From Lama glama (Eukaryota): a DNA stretch of 64,000 nt. Below are positions 1-11,750 of the stretch, one piece after another. The notes beneath the pieces were generated by a model. The model did not search any database, was not told the origin of the DNA, and worked only from the letters and a program-made list of their open reading frames with translations. Location of the stretch: positions 45,758,001 through 45,822,000 of the forward strand of contig CM052817.1 in the NCBI GenBank assembly GCA_028534125.1. Direction: 5' to 3'. A program made the position numbers and the translations under genes. Each line of letters opens with the position of its first letter. Position 1 is the stretch's first letter.

Positions 1-1237
1 GATGTATTTCAGATCTACCCCTAGTTTCTCTCTCAAGTGCCATGTAGTCTCAAGCAGAAGCCAAGCCACCTTTGGAGAGAAGGTTTCGAAGTGGCCAGAT
101 CAACTACGGTAGAGTTTATAGCCTCCTGATCCACCAGCTTGACTTGCCAAGGGAGACACGCTGTTCATCAGACGTGCCCCACTTTCCTTCTTCCTCTTGT
201 CAGGGCCCTTCGGGGTTCGAGCCCCAGCTGATTCATTTGCTTTCCCCTGTCAGATGTCTCTGGAGAGGCCAGGATGTTCTCAGATGTCAGTGGCGGTGGG
301 GATCACTTTTCAAACTTTAATGTCTCTTGTCACTTCTTTCATTCTGGAAGAATTATCATAAAGTACAATCTGCCGTAGAAAAGTTTGGTCATCCCAAGCG
401 TGTGTCTCTAACCAGATACATGAGCTGGCTGACCTGCTCACCCCTTATGTAACCTCAGATTTCCTGATTAACTCCTTTAATCTTAATTGTTTTAAAGAAA
501 AAAATTCAAAGCTTCTAAAGCTCTTTACTCCTCGTCTCCTGGGCACTGATTTTGGGTCCCAGGCTGTCTCACCACATTGCTTTGTCAAAACAATGGCTCT
601 CCCTGGGACTTAAAAAATATAATGAGGCTGTTCTTTTGCTTTGTAACTTTTTATCTCAGCATGAACTCAACTCTCATCAAGGAGTTTTGTTTATAGTGTC
701 GGGGCTTTAAACATTTTTTTTATTCCTTTAAGAATAACCCAAATCAGTAAAGGCTTTAGACAGTAGACCTCTTACTTTTCTTAGAATATTTCACTTGCTT
801 ATATAATCAAACCTATCTAACTAATTAAATCTCCTGTTAAATGAAATTATATTTTTTCCAAAGGGAAGAATTTCAAATGCTGATTTTTCACTCTGATTTA
901 TAAGGAAAGCTATGATTCCAGAGAACACTGAACAGGCAGCTACAGAACCAAATAAATGTCCATGTTCTACCTTATTAGCACCCTAGTTACTAATCAGAGG
1001 ACAAGCTGTATATATGTCAATGTCTGTTGAATATGTAGAATAACCTGCTTTTTTATGGGGAGGAAATGTTGAATGTTAGACATCACAGAAAATGTATGAA
1101 TCCACTGAATATTAATTTTTCCAGAGAAAAGACATTCTTTTTATGCTACTTGGTCTTCACCTTTAAAAATTCTTCTAAATATTTTAGTTAAGAAGGAAGC
1201 AAGTAAGAAAGGAGAAGAACACACATCCTACCCACAA

Positions 1238-1280
1238 ACATACATATACACACATCACACACACGCACACACACACACAC
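1238..1280. repeat. Imperfect (CA)n microsatellite
   Basis: acatacatatacacacatcacacacacgcacacacacacac. Confidence 0.85.
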
Positions 1281-2231
1281 TTTTCATGCAGGCAGACAGA
1301 AATCCACTGTTCTAGAATGTCACAATTTATATATTTTTCCATGAAAGATTTCTGTGGCCCTCTGTGGCCCACATCCAATGATGCAGACCTTAGAACTGAG
1401 GAAGAGACCTTTTAGGGAGCAGATCATACCCTCTCTGCATCTGGAGGAAAGGTATCGTACCTAGAGCAAGGAGCTACATCACAAAACAGCAGAAGCTATT
1501 TTCATCTCCTGCGACTTTTTGCTTTTTCTTTTCTCTTCCTGACTCTGGCTCAGGCACAATGATGCAAACAATATAGTATTCACCGTGGCAGAGAAGAAGT
1601 GAAACAGTGCCCTTAACATTTGTCACATGCCTCCCAAACAGTACACCTGCTATTAGCCACGTCCAAATCAGAATGCTCCAGAAGCACCCAGAGGCCTCGC
1701 AGTTAGCAGACTGGCTGAGTAAGTTCTAAGTGAGCAGAACTTCTATTGCTTAGTAAAACCCATTCTGTTTGGGGCTGTAAGGAGGGCCATTAAAAATCAT
1801 TAATTTAGGTGGTTGGTTTTCAATGAGTCTGGTAAGTTTAGAAATATGTGAAGGCATTTCTTCCCTCCTTCCTTTCCTCTTTTTTTTTTTCTGTCTGTTT
1901 TTCTTTTATCTTGCTTGTCGCATTGCCTGTAAGGCACTACTGCTCTTTAGTGTTCAGAGCCTAGGGATGCTGTCCACATGTTAGGCCCCCTCCAAATGCC
2001 CACAGCACGCTGGTTGAGAAGTACCTGATTTAAATAGTCTCAACCAACCTTCTACTTTCAAGAGCAAAAAAGAAATAAGTAAACAAGTAGGTAAAAAAAC
2101 TACTTGAGAGGTGACAGCAGCTGCCATCTTGGATAAAAGTAATGTGTAATTGATTATGTTACTTACGGCTTCTTTTATCAGTGAAGGCGGGTCTTTCATG
2201 AATGTGGCTTAGATGCGAAAATAATATAGCT

Positions 2232-2697
2232 GATGTGAGTTTAATTGTGTCCCCACAAAAAGATAGGTTGAAGCCCTAACCCCACTCTAGAACAGTGGAG
2301 TGCCTGCGAATGTGGCCTTAGTTGGAAACCTGATCTAGGCAGATGTAAGCAAGTTAAGAGGAGGGCACACTGGGCTAGGGTGGGCCCTAATCCGGTAAGG
2401 CTGGATGACTGATGGCCTGACAGGAAGGGAATCAGAACCCAGACGCACTCAGAGGGAAGAGGGCCATGTGAAGACAGAGGCAGAGATCAGAATTAATACT
2501 CTCGCAGGCCAAGGAACACCAGAAGCTGGTAGATGCCAGGAAGGATCCTCCCCTGGAGGCTCTGAAGGGAACACGGCCCTGCTGCCACCTTGATTTCAAA
2601 CTTCTAGCTTCCAAACAGTGAGAGAATATAGTCCTGTTGTTTTAAGCCATCCAAGTTGGTGGTAATTTGTTTTAGCCACCCTAGGAAACCAAGATAA
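2232..2697 (+). mobile_element. ERVL-MaLR solo LTR, MLT1B/C-like
   Basis: aattgtgtcccc...gttgaagccctaacccc...gggtgggccctaatcc...gccatgtgaagacagaggcagag...ttttaagccatccaagtt...ccctaggaaacc: hallmarks of the MLT1C consensus. Confidence 0.85.
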
Positions 2698-3289
2698 TAG
2701 CTACTCTATATTTATCCCAAGCTAGACAGGTTGGCATCATTCAAGGGAGCAGGCAGTTCAAAGCGGTTTGGGGGGAGGAATGTTGGGGGACAGACACTTA
2801 ACTGGCAACCTCCGTTGCTGCTGGGTGACCCAGAAGATCGGAGAAGGTTTCCCTTTCTGCCCAGGAAGGCACACTTCATTTTAAATTCCGCTCCCTCTGG
2901 ATGCTTTAAAGGCAATCTTCACTGGATTCATTTATCTAGAGTGAACTTTTAGTTCATAAAGACATACAGGCAAGGGTGGCTGCCCAAAGAGAGCAAGTTT
3001 GTCTGGAAGTAAGTTACAGTGCCTGCCTTTCCAAATGTCACTTGCTGGTGGGTGATCATGTGAAGCAGGCTAACTGGATGGCCTCTCTTTTCTGTGCTCC
3101 CCCTGGGGTCTTTTGGTGTTCAGCACACTCATGACGCCTTTCACTGTGCAACTCTTCCTCAAGGGGTGTCCCAGCCTCCAGGCCACTTTCCATTATCATC
3201 ACATATCTGTCCTCTGGGCCACCCCCTCGAGGCTCAGGCTCCATGCTCTTCTGCACGCTGGCACATGGTGATGTGGTGATAATCTCCTT

Positions 3290-3815
3290 CTACCAAGCCA
3301 TCTTCATTTATTAGCTGGAATGCTTGTATGGAGACAGTTACCTCATCATCTAATATTTGGTCATCATCTAATATTTGGGTACACCTCATAAAATAGATGC
3401 AAAAGATCAATCAATAAATCAAAATAATTCTTTTATCTATTTCTTTTCAAAATAACATGTTAGTTTATCAGCATTCTCCAACAGAGATAAATGAAGTTTC
3501 AGGTTATCATTGTTTTGTGTTTGGTATCATTATGAACTCATGAGCTTAAACAACATGATTCAATCCATGGCATTTATCCTTACTGATGTTCAAACTGTTC
3601 TCTTAGGCCAATGGGAGCCTCACTAAATGACTTTGAGTGCTTCTGACAGGAGCCTGGTAGTCTTTGTCAGCATCCTTGCTATCCAGTACAGGTTCTTCCA
3701 GGCTCATCTTAGACATCTCCTAACCCAGACCTGGAATTAGCCATTTCTCCAGGAGGCTTCATCCATTGCATTGGAAATGGAATTTAGTAACCACAATCTG
3801 AGCACCTGGATGACT
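3290..3815 (-). mobile_element. Old L1 (L1MC/MD-like) 3' fragment
   Basis: tatcattatgaactcatg...ggccaatgggagcctc...ccagacctggaattagccatttctccaggagg motifs typical of L1MC 3' ends. Confidence 0.6.
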
Positions 3816-3839
3816 CTTAGGCAGATCTGGGTCTGCTTT

Positions 3840-4085
3840 TCCTCCCTCGGACGCGAAAAGACGATTTGGCCTGAATGAGTCCCAAAAGAGTGGCAAGAGA
3901 CCATGAGAAGAGAAAGGTTGACAATGACCACGGAGGAGTTTCTGCAACTGTCTAGGCTGAGATCATGAGGTTCTCACCCAAGGGTGTAGCTGTGGGGATG
4001 GGGAAGAGGATCAGAGCTGGGAGAGATTCTAGAGAGTAAATTTACACAAGAGGATTTGGCAACTGATTTGGCGGTTGAAGGCTGG
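3840..4085 (-). mobile_element. L2 fragment
   Basis: tgcaactgtctaggctgagatcatgagg...ggatttggcaactgattt resembles antisense L2. Confidence 0.5.
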
Positions 4086-4109
4086 AGGGGCCAAGGTAGG
4101 TAGAAGATG

Positions 4110-4315
4110 GCAGACCTGGGCTCAAAGCCTAGCTCTGTCACTTACCAACTGTGTGATCTGCATCTCATTGCTTCACTTCTGAGAACCCGTAACCTCAACT
4201 ACAAAATAGGAATAGCCTGCTTCTCTCACAGGGTGGTCGGGAGGATTAGATGACGCTGCAAATGACATGAACATAGTATAAAGTGTGACACCTAGGACTG
4301 CTAAAAATTAACAAC
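4110..4315 (+). mobile_element. MIR SINE
   Basis: cagacctgggctcaaagcctagctctgtcacttaccaactgtgtgatc...cagggtggtcgggaggattagatga MIR core. Confidence 0.75.
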
Positions 4316-5587
4316 GTGAATTTCCCCGCTGCCTGACAGGTCTAGACTTTTCTATAATATGAAGGGGTTGGCCCAGATCACACCAAACCCTCCTCCAGCC
4401 CTGTCTGCTCCAGCCCTCTCTGAAGTCACACTTGCTCTGTTCTCTGATAATGCCATGAGTATTAGTAATGGATCCTCTAGCATTTACCTAAACCACATTT
4501 TATTGAATATTTTATTGAAAAGATGATATACAAATTTGATGTTGCCAAAAGAAAAACACATCATATAGCCTTCTGACAGCTCTTTTTCCTATTCGATACC
4601 TAAGTTGACGGATTTCACTGAAGAAAAGCTTAATGTTTTCACTTAAAATTGCTCCCATAAGTGACAAATGCTGAAAATATTAAAAAATAACAAAGTACTT
4701 TAAATGCTAATCAGTTAGCTCAGAGCTTCTTAAAATACTTTTCAAGACAGTTGTCTTGATCAATGATTTATGCAGCACTCTGGCTTTAGAAAATAAAATA
4801 TTACTTTAAGTCAATTCCTTCCCAGAACGCTCCCTGCCCATTAAGTCAGGAATATCCTGTAAACCTTTCTGAAATTATTTGCTTTTTTAAGATTATTTTT
4901 GGGGGCTCCATCAGAAGGATTTTTGAATCAAGATTTTGAGGATAGAAAAAGTCATCTAGCCACATTAATGATTGATAAAGAGGGATTAAAATATTGATAA
5001 TATCTTCACTTTTTAAATTGTGAAGACAACACAAACCATAAAACAAAAGAGCACAAAAAGTGAAACTGACCCAAAACTCACTTGCCAGAAATAACCACTG
5101 TATCCTTCTGAACTCTTTTCTCCATGGGCACACACATAACGTTTTAAATATTTTATTACAAGGTACATTTTATTCCTTAGCTTGCTTTTTCAGTATACTG
5201 TGAAATATAAAGTTACAAGATATTAATTCAATATATTGTCACCATTTCTATGTGACAGTACATAAGAGTCACCTTATTTTTTTAAGCAATTACTGAATAT
5301 TGCCCAGTTGAATAAACATGGAAGTGTTTATTATGGTCTGACTAGCACTTTATAGTTAGACATTTACGTTGTTTAGAGTGCATTCATGTTTTAAAAAGTC
5401 CTTAACTTGGCTGTAAACTTTGGAATCTCAAAAAGCACATATCCCCTCTTTCTGATTGCTCTCCAGACAGAAACTCTGTTCTCAGTGGTGTGGTAATTTT
5501 TCCCTCCTTCAGCAGCCACACTTGGCTGTCACCAGCCTTCTCTTGTCAAAGTGTGTTCCTTTTCTTTCCAGTGAGAACTGGGGCCCT

Positions 5588-6062
5588 GTTTTTTTTTTTT
5601 TTTAATTACTCTATCTGTATTTTTTAAATATATTTATATGGAAGTACAGTCAGTTTACAATGTTGTGTCGATTTCTGGTGTACAGCATATTGTTTCAGTC
5701 ACAAAGGAACACACATACATTCATTCTCATATTTTTCTTCACCATAGGTTATGACAAGATATTGAATATGGTTCCCTGTGCTATACAGTATGAATTTGTT
5801 GATCTATTTTATATATATTAGTACCTGCAAATCTCTAACTCCCAATTTATCCCATCTCACCCCCCTTCCCCCACTGGTAACCATAAATTTGTTTTCTATG
5901 TCTGTGAGTCTGTTTCTGTTTTGTAAATAAGTTCATTTGTCTTTCAAAAAACTTTTTCTTTATATTCAACATATAAGTGATATCATATGGTATTTTTCTT
6001 TCTGGCTTATTTTACTTAGAAAGACATTCTCCAGGTTCATCCATGTTGCTGCAAATGGCATT
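5588..6062 (-). mobile_element. L1 3' end, 5'-truncated (cetartiodactyl-type)
   Basis: poly-T tail, then tttacaatgttgtgtc...acaagatattgaatatggttccctgtgctatacagta...ccatgttgctgcaaatggcatt. Confidence 0.88.
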
Positions 6063-6370
6063 ACTTGGGGAACATGGGCTCTCGGATGGAGGAGAGGTGG
6101 GGTATGGTCACCTGCCCTCCTGTGTCACTCCCACAAACCCAGACGCAGTTCCCCGTCGTCGGTCCTCCAGCATGAGGGGAGGACAGGCTTCTCTCCTTGC
6201 ACCCTCTCTCTGTGCACAGACCCTGCTGCTGTGCCTCAAGATGGCAGACCCCCTTCCCACCTCAAGAACAGACAAGTGACCCCACAGATCAAGCAGGAAC
6301 ATGTTTTTAATATAAAGTGATCTTTTCCCTTCTTTGGTTTGTTTTTAGGTTGCTCTTTAAGTGGATATAA

Positions 6371-7150
6371 TCTTTTTTTATAAATGAAATATAGTTGATT
6401 TACAATGTTGTGTTAGTTTCTTGTGTACAACACAGTGACTCAGTTATACATACATATATTTTTATCATTATAGGTTGTTACAAGATATTGATTATAGTTC
6501 CCTGTGCTATACAGTAGGACCTTGTCATTTATTTATTTTATAGATAGTAGTTAATATCTGCCAACCCCGAACTCCTAATGTATCCCTGCTCCCTTTCTCC
6601 CTGGTAATCATAAGTTTTGTTTTCTNNNNNNNNNNNNNNNNNNNNNNNNNNNNNNNNNNNNNNNNNNNNNNNNNNNNNNNNNNNNNNNNNNNNNNNNNNN
6701 NNNNNNNNNNNNNNNNNNNNNNNNNNNNNNNNNNNNNNNNNNNNNNNNNNNNNNNNNNNNNNNNNNNNNNNNNNNNNNNNNNNNNNNNNNNNNNNNNNNN
6801 NNNNNNNNNNNNNNNNNNNNNNNNNNNNNNNNNNNNNNNNNNNNNNNNNNNNNNNNNNNNNNNNNNNNNNNNNNNNNNNNNNNNNNNNNNNNNNNNNNNN
6901 NNNNNNNNNNNNNNNNNNNNNNNNNNNNNNNNNNNNNNNNNNNNNNNNNNNNNNNNNNNNNNNNNNNNNNNNNNNNNNNNNNNNNNNNNNNNNNNNNNNN
7001 NNNNNNNNNNNNNNNNNNNNNNNNNNNNNNNNNNNNNNNNNNNNNNNNNNNNNNNNNNNNNNNNNNNNNNNNNNNNNNNNNNNNNNNNNNNNNNNNNNNN
7101 NNNNNNNNNNNNNNNNNNNNNNNNNTTCTTTTTGGCCATTATTAAATAAG
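6371..7150 (-). mobile_element. L1 3' end spanning an assembly gap
   Basis: atagttgatttacaatgttgtgttagtttc...gttccctgtgctatacagtaggacc, running into the N gap. Confidence 0.8.
6626..7125. other. Assembly gap (500 N)
   Basis: Run of exactly 500 N. Confidence 1.
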
Positions 7151-7945
7151 TAGATGTTTTTATTTAAGTCAAAAAGTACCATAAGTCTTGTTGGATGATG
7201 ATGCTAGAGGGTATATCAACCTGGGTGACTTTAACACCAGCCACGTCAAGGAGTGCCAGCCCTTCAAGGTGGGGAACAAGTGCTCACAGGAGACAGGTTT
7301 GATTTTCGTGAGGACTTCACTTCTATCTATTGCTTGGACTAAAACACAATTCATATTTCAGAGTCACCGATGAAGGCAGAACGCAGAGTCTGTAAGGCCA
7401 CGAGCACTCCCAGTCTGTTCTAGCTTATTTGTGACTAACTTACACCCTCCACACTCAGCACACTCAGTCTCAAACATTACTGTGAAATTGTCAGTTGTGC
7501 TTCCTTTAGACTCAAACCACTTTTCATCATCAGTCTATTTTTAGTTATTCAGAAGATTCTCAAAAGTGGTCAAAGAGTAAAAGTATCTTTATCTTCTCCA
7601 GCTGAGCTCAAAGGTGACATTTTCTTAACTGGCCAGAGAGTTTTAAAAGTTTTAGCCATTTTAAAGTGATACCCATGGCCAAAAAAAGTGCTTACATTTT
7701 AAAAAGAAGTGTTTTGTATGAGCATAGCTAAAATAAAAAAAGAGCTGATTTTAAAGTTTAGCTTTTGTAAACTTCAATGAAAACGAAAAGCCTGACTCTT
7801 TTTTTTTTTTTAAGAAAAAGCTATTTGGAAACACTAGACACAAGCAATTGATAATAAGCAAGTTTGCCAATGTCTCATTTTGGGGGGCTCTAAGGCAAAA
7901 TTTAAATTGTCTTTATTTTGTCAGTTCTCAAAAAATGTATTTTAA

Positions 7946-8740
7946 TCATTCAGTTCAACAAATGTATTTTGAGTACCTCCTAAATGTCATTTAGCACTAG
8001 AGGCACCAGAGAAAACAAAAGAGACAAAATCTGAAGGTGGAGGAGGTAAGGGATAGAGGAGGTACACATTAAAGAAAAAGCAGAGGCAAGAGGCAGACGA
8101 GGGGCCCTTGGGACTATGGTGTTGGCAGGTGGAACAGACTGCAATTTAAAAATGTTGGTCAAGGTCAGCCTCAATGAGAAGACGATGTCTGAGCAAAGGT
8201 TTTAGGGAGGTGAGGGAATTAACCACGTGGACTTCAGAGAAGGTGTGTTCCAGAAACAGGACCGAGCTATTGCATGTGATAAGGAAACCAGTGTGGCTGG
8301 TGCAGGGCAAGCGGAGGAGAGGTGGAAGCCCAGGTCCAAGGATGAAGGTGGAACAGCTCATGCAGGTCTTGATGGTCACTTTAAGGCCTGGGCTGGGATT
8401 TTACTCAGAGTGCAAGAGGAAGCCATTGCAGAGCTGTGAACAGAGCAGTGGCTTCATCTGATGCATTTCCACTGGACCGACTGCTGCTCTGTAGAGACCA
8501 GATCTTAGGTGGGAAAGGCTAAAAGCTGGTAGACCTGAGAGGAGGCCCCTGCAGTACTCCAGGAGGAAGAGAATGGTGGCTCCCACCTCAGTGACAGTGA
8601 TGGAGGTGGCAAAAAGTGTCTGACTTCCGTATACATTTTGAAAGTCAGGCGAACATATTTTCTTGAAGGATTGGAGGAGGGGTGTTGAGAGAAAAAGAGA
8701 CACAAAGATGACTTATGATTTTCAGCAACTAGAAAGTTGG
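7946..8740 (-). mobile_element. L2 (L2a/b) 3' region
   Basis: Starts tcattcagttcaacaaatgtattttgagtacc (reverse complement of the L2 tail). Body ...ggattttactcagagtgcaagaggaagccattgcagag... Confidence 0.8.
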
Positions 8741-9716
8741 ACCCTGAATGATAGCTTTAAAACTATGGCCAAAAAACCAAAACATCAAACAAACAAAACT
8801 TTCACTCCTTCAACACTAGTCATGTGCAATCCTGCACTAAAGTTCCTGTGTCCTTTCCTACTGATGGAAAAGAAAATCAGGTGCCAGAATTTGGACTGTA
8901 AGTGAAAGATATTATATTCAAAGTTGTATTCTGTCATTCATCTTATTTTGTATTGAAGAGCCATGTTTTCTAAATATCACACCTGGAAACTTTCCACAAT
9001 TTTTTCCCCACCTAACGGTTACCTATTCACAGATTTTGCCTTAGGTATAAAGGTGCAAATTTCCACCGCAGCCCAATTGCTTAAAGAATTTTTTTTCCAA
9101 TCTGCCTTGAAATTCAAAGATGCTGCTTCAGGCTCGTAGAAGCACAGCTTTCAAGTGATACCAATAGATCTATCCTGCAGGAATTATGTAAACCTTATAT
9201 AATTAATATTTGTGAGATGCATTGAGATCCTGGCACAGAAGACAGCATTGAAATCCAAAGCTATCCTATAACTTTCTTTTTTAAATCAGCTGCCAGCTAT
9301 CCAGCTGGCAAGGCTTCGAGTCCCAGCTCCTATGCAAGAACATTGCTACCATTTCAAATAGTATACTGGGTTGTTTTTTTGGTTTTTTGTTTTTGTTTTT
9401 TTTTAAAGAAGGGTCACAAGAGGGTAAAGTAATGCAGCATCAGGGAGGCTACAGAAATCCCACTTGTTCAGACACAAAGAGCAGTGCACAGTGAACAGAT
9501 ATGCAGTCCAATTCGAAATGTTTCATCGGAGAGCTGCCTCTGAATCCTAACGTTGTATTTGCTGCTGGGGACAGAGCTCTCCACATCGTCCCGTGAACAG
9601 ATTGTGACGAATGAAATGGTGCAGGGCGGCTGAAGCCGGGTGAGGCAGGGTTCAAAATAAAGTCAATCCTATGTCAAACACACATCATGGATGAACCACA
9701 GATGAAAGGCCAAAGG

Positions 9717-9900
9717 TAGGGCTGCTAGAGAAAATACAGGATGTCCAATTCCATTTGAATTCAAGATAAACAATGAAGACTTATTTAGTTTAAGTGTGTT
9801 CCAAGCACTATGTGGGTTATACTCAGAATTCACTATTTATTTTGAAATTCAAATTGGACTGGGCAGCCTGTATTTTTAATCGCTAAATCTGGTAACATTA
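9717..9900. mobile_element. MER53-like palindromic hAT MITE
   Basis: agggctgctagagaaaatacaggatgtccaattccatttgaattc ... aaattcaaattggactgggcagcctgtattttt...ctaaatctggtaac: long inverted arms. Confidence 0.75.
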
Positions 9901-10423
9901 GCCAAAGGAAAATTAAAATAGCTTATTTTCATTTAACATTATACCACCTTGTACCAATGAAAAACACAGATGAAAACAATTACATAATTGTCTATTTGGT
10001 TGTAATGGTTTCTATTACTTATAAAATGGCAAAAGTCTCAAGGGTTCTAAAGACATTAAAACAGGTAAAAGAAGTGGGTTACACTGGGGTAAAGGATTAT
10101 GAAGAATATTTAAAGATCTACACATCAGAAAATCTGATGTTGCATCAATTCCCATCACTTAAATAATTTAAGCTGTGACTACAGAATGCAATGCCATGAA
10201 CCATATACACGAATCAGTCTTATTTTATAGTTACCCCACTTGCACATTCATTAACTGGATGATAACCTATTAGCCCTGCATTGCCACGTAAAAAACAATC
10301 ACTGCATGAGGCAGGTACCCACTAATTTGCCCACCTCTTTTCAGAACCACTGCTGTCTTCTAAATGAAACATTAATTTTTCCAGGCAACTATTTCATCCA
10401 ATATCTTGTTAGCAAAGCAAATA

Positions 10424-10720
10424 CAGTCAATCCTCCATATCTGTGGGTTCTGCATTTGTGAATTCAAACAACATCGTATCGAAAATATTGGAGAAAAAAT
10501 TCAAGACGTTTCTAAAAAGCAAAACTTGAATTTGCTCCGTGCCGTCAACTATTGACACAGCATTTGCATTGGTTTAGGTATAAGCAACCTAGAGATGACT
10601 TAAAGTATACAGGAGGATGTGCATTGGTTATATGCCGATACGATGCCATTTTATGTAAGGGACTTGAGCGTCTGAGGATTTTGGTATGGGGGGAAGGTTC
10701 TGGATACCAAGGAACGACTA
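10424..10720. mobile_element. MER2B-like TcMar-Tigger non-autonomous DNA transposon
   Basis: TA|cagtcaatcctccatatctgtggg ... ggataccaaggaacgacta|TA termini. Internal ctagagatgacttaaagtatacaggaggatgtgc. Confidence 0.85.
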
Positions 10721-11509
10721 TATTTGATTCCTAAACTAACACATCTGATTTCAGTGATAGATGCTTCCAAAAGGAAGGAAACTACTGTAAATGTTGTGGC
10801 AGGATTCCTTCCATTGGGATGTTAAAATAGCCAATACCTTTTGAAAATATTTTTAAAATCTTCCTCTTCATCGTTTCCAAGGGATGCTGTACCCACCACC
10901 CCCACCCCCGGGAAAATGATCATTTAAGAAAATCTGCCCCAACTGTAAATATTTGGCCACTATTTCTCTTATAAAAACACAAGCACAATTAAAGCATGAC
11001 TAGACCAGGCCCAAATGGTCAAGTTACATTAGAGATCTGGCCGTTATGGATGGTTTTGGATTCTGGAGAGACCAGTCTGGATCATTCATACACCATGAGC
11101 TGGCTTTTTCTAAGTTATTAGATCAGAATTATCCAAAATGTGTGGCTCTGGGAACCTGACCTCAAGGTTTAGCTGAGTTGGGCTTTTGAAACATACCAGA
11201 TTGTAAAAGAATTTGTGGAAGAAATAACATCTTTGCTGAGACTCTACTGCTGTTTGTTACTGAACAATTTTTTTTTGGACTTTTGTGCTAAATCTGAGCT
11301 GGCACATTATTAACCTTTCAAATTAGGCATTTAGTAGGCTCAGCTGAATATTTTCTTAATTTGCACAAGAGGGTTTGCCAAAACAGCTGGTACTGTGCTG
11401 GAGTATTAGTTGAGATCTTTGATTTACATAGTCCAAGCACAAACACATAAACTTCGCTTTTGGAGAGGATGACCTAATAGGCGCCGAATATAGTGAACTT
11501 TATTAATGA

Positions 11510-11750
11510 GAATAATAGCAACCACAATCGCTAATCCTTATTGAGGATTAATATATAATTATAATCCAGGCATAAGGTATATTCAGTCATTTAACACTTT
11601 AAACAATCTTATGAAGTTTTATTCCCCCAATTTCATAGATAAGAAAACTCAACAGTGGCTAGACCATGTGCCATAAATTATACAATTAGAAGGTGGTAAA
11701 ACAGCTTTGTACTGAGGCAATCTAGCTGCCGAATCTGCATGCTTACCACT
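11510..11750 (-). mobile_element. MIR SINE
   Basis: aacaatcttatgaag...ccccaatttcatagataagaaaact MIR core. Confidence 0.6.

Noticed and set aside
6525..7182. Long ORFs of 178-214 aa
   Set aside because: Artefacts of reading through 500 N
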